Shown: in pieces, positions 43,680 through 49,905 of the stretch | Position numbering within the stretch: the first letter of the stretch is position 1 | How the letters are laid out: each line of letters begins with the position of its first letter | Assembly: GCA_008369845.1 (NCBI GenBank) | Contig: MRSU01001902.1 | Location: 1-49,905 of the forward strand | Origin: Trichomonas gallinae | Lineage: Eukaryota | Direction of reading: 5' to 3' | Length of the DNA stretch: 49,905 bases | Position numbers and translations under genes: made by a program | Notes under the pieces: model-generated | Seen by the model: only the letters and a program-made list of their open reading frames with translations | Told to the model about the DNA's origin: nothing | Databases searched by the model: none

Positions 43680-44963
43680 ATGATTATTGTTAGTCTTTTG
43701 TGTCTGTCCTGGAACGATACTCGGACATACGCGATGCTTTCACCAGGATATTATGACGTTGTACTAATTGGAGGAACTGGTGGCTCCTTGGATAGAGGTG
43801 TTTATGGCGGACCAGGTGCACATTTCTATGGAGTATTAAATGTTACCGAAGATGCAGAATATTACATCATTGCTGGATCTAGTCCTGGAATATGGGCCGG
43901 TCTTGGCAAACATTCACCCGGACCACATGGCGAAGGAGGCTGGAGTGGTGGTATTAACACTGCAGCTGGAGGTGGATATTCCTCATTGTCCAAAGGTAAA
44001 GAACTAATCGCGATGGTTGGAGGCGGAGGTGGTGCTGTGAGGAATAAATGGGGTGCACCAGCAGGAGGCTTCACATCAGGTAAGAGCTATCTTATCAACG
44101 GCAATAAGAAAGAATTCAAAAAAGGCATATCAGATAACCACCGTGGAGCTGATGGCAATGAAGAGAGTCCTAAAGGATCGGGTGGCGGTGGTGGATATTT
44201 TGGAGGTAATGCAATGATTGGTGCAAGTGGATTAGGTGGCTCTTCTTATGTAAATGAAGCCCATTTTCCAAACTTTAGAGTGTTAGATGGAAATGAGGCA
44301 AGGGATGAAATAAGATATATTGGAGTTGGACAAGTAATAATAACAAACAAATCATTATGTCACAAAAATTGCTTGACTTGTGATTTTAAAGAAACTGACA
44401 AGTGCTGGACCTGCAGACATGGCAAGATACCATATAATATGAAATGCTTAGATTCATGTGCAGACTCTGACACCCCAACATATGAAGATTCTGATAAGAC
44501 ATGCAAGCCTTGCATGGAGAATTGCGAAAAGTGCACAGAAGCAAATGTTTGCATCCAATGCAAACCAGAGTTCATTTATAGTGCAGGAAAATGTGTTCAC
44601 AATGGAAAACCACCAGCAAAAGATCAAAATATCGATATATCTATTGATGGAGGTGAGTCAAACAAACTTGGTGGAGAATCTCTAAAGAATGGCAGTCCAC
44701 AACAAGATAAACCATTTCCATGGTGGATAATTGCTGTAGTTTGTGGCGCTGTTCTGGTAACTGCTGCAGTAGTTATCTATATATTCAAAAAGAAGAAAGA
44801 AACAAGTTCCGTTGAAATGGGTGAAGATAATGCAGATGAAACAAGGGATACAGCTGCATCAGTTACTATGGAAAATCCATTATATCTTTCAAATCAAGAA
44901 GCAGATCCATTTCATAATGACTTCGATGAAAACAATGAAACATCTCAAGTTTTTGAATCATGA
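43680..44963 (+). CDS. Type I surface protein: Gly-rich (ALK/LTK-like) domain, furin-like Cys repeats, TM, NPxY/acidic tail; copy 1
   Basis: PGYY.V.L.G..GG, AGGGYS, MVGGGGG, GSGGGGGYFGG, GGSSY; CxxxCxxC repeats; TM WWIIAVVCGAVLVTAAVVIYIF; KKKKE; ENPLY; DPFHNDFDE. Confidence 0.9.
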   Translation: MIIVSLLCLSWNDTRTYAMLSPGYYDVVLIGGTGGSLDRGVYGGPGAHFYGVLNVTEDAEYYIIAGSSPGIWAGLGKHSPGPHGEGGWSGGINTAAGGGYSSLSKGKELIAMVGGGGGAVRNKWGAPAGGFTSGKSYLINGNKKEFKKGISDNHRGADGNEESPKGSGGGGGYFGGNAMIGASGLGGSSYVNEAHFPNFRVLDGNEARDEIRYIGVGQVIITNKSLCHKNCLTCDFKETDKCWTCRHGKIPYNMKCLDSCADSDTPTYEDSDKTCKPCMENCEKCTEANVCIQCKPEFIYSAGKCVHNGKPPAKDQNIDISIDGGESNKLGGESLKNGSPQQDKPFPWWIIAVVCGAVLVTAAVVIYIFKKKKETSSVEMGEDNADETRDTAASVTMENPLYLSNQEADPFHNDFDENNETSQVFES

Positions 44964-46556
44964 TTAAGTCGATAAAGACTAATGCGGGGCTATTTTAATT
45001 AGTGATGAATTAAATTTTTTTATCATTACATAGCTTTGTTATTTTTTTAAAAAACTATTTCGATAGATAAATAATATCCATCGAAAATGAGCCAAAAATT
45101 ATGTTGGTTAAATTGGAATTGAAACAATTAATGTATTTTTTTAAAATTAAAGTTGCTTGATGATTGCTAAAATTAATGAGTTTAATTGATCTTTGCAATG
45201 TAGACTATCTCGGAAATTCTGTTTTAATGAATGCAATCACTTTTGATTCTATAGAAAACTCATATCATTTAATCTTCATCATAAATTCATGAGTTCGTGC
45301 TAATGATTTGAGTTTCAATTATTGCCATGAGAAATGGAATCGTTGACATTACTAGGAAATAAATGCAAATGTGGTTATTTGACATATTATCACTTTACAT
45401 CAAAACAATGACAAATAATGGAAAAAAATTGTCAAATCATGCTTATTTCTTGGATTTCATTAGAAATTAAGAGAATGGTCCAGCAGCAAAATAGTTATAT
45501 ATGATACACAAACCTATTCTCCAAGGGTTGCATGTTTCTGTTAGAAAAATGCGAATTGACTCTTAACTTGTCCATGTCTTTCATTATATCTACATCAATA
45601 TCATATTACATTTCCATCGATTAAGTTATAGGACATGTTTTCCTTATGATTTGATTTTCATGATGAAATTCTTTTTCATATTTTACTATTGTTTAATAGA
45701 ATTCATTAACAATCTACCATGAAGACAATGTTGTCATATATTAAGTTTTAGTTGTGGACAAATAATTAATAATTATTTGACGATCAAAGAAGAAAAATTG
45801 CAAATATAGTAGCACAGACACGTTTAGAATCTATATTTTAATTCACAAATTTCACCCAAAACTTGACAAGTTTTTTAAAATATTGATTAATGTCATATTA
45901 AGATCATAATTTTAATTCAATAACCGCCTAAAATTTATCCAAAATTGAGATGAGCACGTTATATAATTTATTGAAAAGCTATCGAGAATTATTTGGTTAT
46001 TAGAATATTGGATGCATTTTAATTTTATATCAAATTTGAAATAATGTTATATAAATTTAAAATTATAAGTTATATTAATAAAACCAAATGAATTAAAATA
46101 CAAGCTTTTAAAATAAAGGACCGAATCGCAATTCTGTTGTAATGAAATTGGAACCGTCGATGAACGAGAGCTTATAAAATTTAATTTTTATGGATAACAA
46201 TAGTAAAGCATTTTCTAATCAATAATATCAATAGTTTGATAGACCGATAGATAAAAATAATTTTCAGAAAACAAATTTATAAATATTATCGATATATGCA
46301 TAAATACGCATATTTTTGTAATAAATATTTTTTCTTTTCAAAAGTTGAATATATTTATTTTTTTAACCCTCGTATTACAGGGATTAATGAACAATAAAAT
46401 TCATTCAAAATTATTGAGGGAAAATTGAAACAAATTTTGATAATATTCAATTTTTTTGAATAGAATTATAGTCATAGGTTATTTTCATATATTCTAATTC
46501 AAAATAATGTTTATATACATTTTTAATTTATTATTTATTTTTTCGACTTCATTTAA

Positions 46557-47981
46557 ATGTTTGTTGTTAGTCTTCTCTGTCTGTATTGGACTAATGAAGA
46601 GGCAAATGTCACGCTCCTACCAGGGTATTACAACGTCTTCTTAATAGGAGCAACTGGTGGTACCACAGAATTGAATATCGAAGGTGGAGGCCAAGGTGCA
46701 AATTTCAAAGGAATATTAAAAATAACTGATGATACTAATTTACGTATTGTTGCTGGATCATCTCCAAGTTATGATAACCCACATCAACCTGGACAATTTG
46801 GTGAAGGAGGCCCGGGCACGAATGAAGAATTGGCTGCAGGAGGTGGATATTCAGCTATATTCAAAAATAATGATCCAATTGTTATGGTTGGTGGTGGAGG
46901 TGGTTGTAATGGAGGTGTATTTGGCAGACATGCAGGAGGCTTCGAATCAGGAAAGAGTTATATATTATACGAAGGAAGGAAGGAATATAAAGAAGGCATA
47001 CCACAAAGTCACAGAGGAGAAAGTGGCAAAGATACATACCCTCAAGGCTCAGGTGGCGGTGGTGGATATTTTGGAGGCCCAGTGAGACAAAGTATAGGTT
47101 TAGGTGGCTCTTCCTATTTTAACGAAGCATATTTTGAAAGACATACTTTACTAGACGGACAACAGGCAAGGAATGTAAAGTACTATAGATTAGCTGGAAA
47201 AGTTACTATAGAAAACATATCAATATGCGACAGTAGTTGCTCGAGTTGTGAATACAATGATAAAACAAAATGCAACACTTGCAGAAAAGGAAAACTATTA
47301 TATAATTCGAAATGCGTGGATACATGCACTGGAACAGACATCCCAACATATGCACATTCTGATAACACATGCAAACCTTGCATGGAAAATTGTGACCAAT
47401 GCAATAATGCAACATTTTGTGTCCAATGTAAATCAGACTTCCATTTCGATGGTACAAAATGCACAAATGAAACAATAAAACCAACACCATCACCCGAACT
47501 TCCACCACAAACATTGGCACCAACACCATCACCAATTCAATTACCAAAGCCAACGCCTCATCAATCCGAAGAGGATATAGATATATCAATTGATAAAGAT
47601 AACCTTAACAATGAAGCATTCAGAGATCCAGGAGCAGAAGGAGCAATAGGTAAAACTATCGATGATACAAAGTCAAATCCAGGTTTTCCATTGTGGATTA
47701 TTGGCGTAATATGTGGAGCTGTTCTCATTGTTGTTGTACTAATTGTTGTCATAATCAAAAAGAAGAAAGAAGCAAGTTCTTTAGAGATGGCTGAAGAAAA
47801 TGCAGATGGAGCTAAGAACTTAACAACAACAGTAGCAACTGATAATCCATTATATTTGGATGCAGCTAATCAAGAGGAAGATCCCTTCCATAATGATTTT
47901 GAAGATGACTATGAAGCATCACAAGTTTTTAAACAACACTCCCAAAATAGTGAAAGTGTTGAAATCGATGATGACGAATAA
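46557..47981 (+). CDS. Same surface-protein family, copy 2 (adds a Pro/Thr stalk)
   Basis: Same motif order; PTPSP stalk; DNPLY; DPFHNDFEDD; Inr TCATT at 46549. Confidence 0.9.
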   Translation: MFVVSLLCLYWTNEEANVTLLPGYYNVFLIGATGGTTELNIEGGGQGANFKGILKITDDTNLRIVAGSSPSYDNPHQPGQFGEGGPGTNEELAAGGGYSAIFKNNDPIVMVGGGGGCNGGVFGRHAGGFESGKSYILYEGRKEYKEGIPQSHRGESGKDTYPQGSGGGGGYFGGPVRQSIGLGGSSYFNEAYFERHTLLDGQQARNVKYYRLAGKVTIENISICDSSCSSCEYNDKTKCNTCRKGKLLYNSKCVDTCTGTDIPTYAHSDNTCKPCMENCDQCNNATFCVQCKSDFHFDGTKCTNETIKPTPSPELPPQTLAPTPSPIQLPKPTPHQSEEDIDISIDKDNLNNEAFRDPGAEGAIGKTIDDTKSNPGFPLWIIGVICGAVLIVVVLIVVIIKKKKEASSLEMAEENADGAKNLTTTVATDNPLYLDAANQEEDPFHNDFEDDYEASQVFKQHSQNSESVEIDDDE

Positions 47982-48649
47982 TATTTGACTATACATTCAT
48001 TCCAATTACTTTCATTATTAATGAATAAAATGTTATAAATCATTAATCAACAGTATTTTTCAAATTATAAAAAATAAAAATAAATAATGACTTTGAATAA
48101 GCACCTAATCCCTCTAGTTTCAATACATTTAATTGAAGCATGCCAGGTCCTATCTATTTAAATAATACCAAATCATTAGTATCGCTTGTTTAGTTTTTTG
48201 ATCGCATCATTTGGGTTTCACAAGTTGCAAACGCTATTTTGAAGTTAATCTTTTTTAGGTTATATAGGATCTATATAACATTCTAATGCTATATACACCA
48301 TATTAGTTTCTCCCATTCAAAATGAGGCAAATTCGTAAAATCAACACACGTTTAAAAATTTTCGAAATTTTCTGGAACTTTAGCATGAGTTTCGCTGGTG
48401 ACTCGTCTTCAGATCCTGATAATGAGTTCCAAAGAATATTAAAAAACAAAGTTTTGTACAATGATAAGTCGTCATGACCTTGTCACGTAATATGTCAAGA
48501 AAGGTGATTAAATTAAAATAGTGTGGCTATCAGAATATATAAATATAAAGAATATTGAATATTAGATCAGTTAAGATTTTTAATTATTTTGTAATATTTT
48601 TTTCTCCAAATTTAAAATTTTGATTGGTTATGGATTACAAAAATTAAAC

Positions 48650-49147
48650 AGAACAATTTATGCAATATGCTTTTAAAATAAAAAATATAATCCCATTTCT
48701 GTCGTAATGAAATTTGAGCCACTAATGATCAATTTTCATTACAACAGAATTTAATTTTTACGGAATTTAATTTTTATGGAAAACAATAGTTGGATAATTT
48801 GTAATTGGATAATTAAAGATATACATAATATAAAAAATTTTATAGGCCAGTAGATAAAAATAATGTTCAGAAAACAAAATTCACAAAATATCAATATACA
48901 TTTTTAAATGAATATCTTTATATAAAAATATTTTTTATTTCAAAGTTTATAAATTAAAATATTTCATCTTAGAAGCACAAAAATCAATTAGATTAATAAA
49001 CTCGCACAACAATATTGAATGAAAATTAAATTGATAGTTGATAACATTGAATATTTTTGAATTTAATTATAGTTATTTTCATATATTCTAATTCTAAATA
49101 TTGTTTATATAGTTTTATAATTGATTTTTCTAGTTCATTTAAATTAA
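48650..49147 (+). repeat. Duplicated upstream region, paralogous to ~46090-46556 and more weakly to ~43320-43679
   Basis: Shared blocks gcttttaaaa, gtaatgaaatt, aatttaatttttatgga, tagataaaaataat and gttattttcatatattctaattc. Confidence 0.8.
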
Positions 49148-49905
49148 ATGTTTGTTGTTAATCTCCTCTATCTGTATTGGACTAATAATGAGGCAAATGT
49201 TATGCTCCTACCAGGGTATTACAACATCTTCTTAATAGGAGCAACTGGTGGTACCGTAGGAACTAATATAAGGGGTGGAGGCCAAGGTGCAAATTTCACA
49301 GGAATATTAAAAATAACTGATGATACTAATTTACGTATTGTTGCTGGATCATCTCCAAGTAATGATAACCCACATCAACCTGGACAATTTGGTGAAGGCG
49401 GTTGGGGTGGTGGTGTAAACAATGCCGCAGGAGGTGGATACTCAGCTATATTCATAAATAATGATCCAATTGTTATGGTTGGTGGTGGAGGTGGTTCTTT
49501 TTCAGGTCTATATGGCCCACCAGCAGGAGGATACGAATCAGGGCAGAGTTATCTTTTACACGGTGATGACAAGGTATTTCAAAATGGCACGTCAACTAAT
49601 TACCATGGATATAATGGCACTAAAATTGATTCACCAGGCTCAGGTGGTGGTGGCGGGTATTTTGGAGGCCCAGAGTTAGAATCAAAAGGATTGGGTGGCT
49701 CATCTTATTTCATCGAATCTTATTTTTTAAACTATATATTACTAGATGGAAAGCAGGCAAGGGATGTAAATTCCCATAGATCAGACGGAATAGTTTCTAT
49801 ATCAAACATTACAATATGTCACAAAAATTGCTTGAGTTGCAACTATTATGATGGCGAAACATGCGGTATTTGCAGACCAGGAAAACGATTGATTAATATG
49901 AGATG
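49148..49905 (+). CDS. Same surface-protein family, copy 3 (partial, runs off the window)
   Basis: ATG at 49148 (MFVVNLLYLYWTNNEANV) open to the window end; long near-identity to copy 2; Inr TCATT at 49135. Confidence 0.9.
   Translation, partial: MFVVNLLYLYWTNNEANVMLLPGYYNIFLIGATGGTVGTNIRGGGQGANFTGILKITDDTNLRIVAGSSPSNDNPHQPGQFGEGGWGGGVNNAAGGGYSAIFINNDPIVMVGGGGGSFSGLYGPPAGGYESGQSYLLHGDDKVFQNGTSTNYHGYNGTKIDSPGSGGGGGYFGGPELESKGLGGSSYFIESYFLNYILLDGKQARDVNSHRSDGIVSISNITICHKNCLSCNYYDGETCGICRPGKRLINMR

Noticed and set aside
45000..46090. Transposon (Maverick, Tc1/mariner, Mutator) in this or other long intergenic gaps
   Set aside because: No transposase or integrase motifs, long terminal inverted repeats or target-site duplications seen; a repeat-library search would be needed to exclude remnants.

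Overview
AT-rich, gene-dense eukaryotic DNA with almost no introns, most likely from a parabasalid protist (Trichomonas vaginalis or a close relative). This is inferred from Inr-like TCA(C/T)(T/A) elements just upstream of many ATGs, very short intergenic gaps and the families present. The window holds about 24 protein genes: a partial polyproline actin-regulator-like gene, two RING proteins, two Rabs, a LIM protein, an ankyrin gene, a tail-anchored K/E-repeat protein, a cornichon-like protein, a bacterial-type GH3 glycosidase, a Myb, two beta-helix-like paralogs, RPL26, a PQ-loop protein, a DOCK GEF and three tandem Gly-rich/Cys-rich surface receptors. It also holds one tRNA-Ala(AGC), several pseudogenes and a ~111-bp tandem array. 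Most notable: (1) the ankyrin gene continues in well-preserved repeats past two short AT-rich, stop-containing inserts at the same repeat position, and no GT-AG intron restores the frame; (2) the surface-receptor array has hypervariable patches in a conserved framework and looks mosaic; (3) the ~111-bp array is built from the stop-codon junction of two convergent genes; (4) a TGNCAYRTAAA motif clusters upstream of several genes. All calls are by eye; no searches were run.
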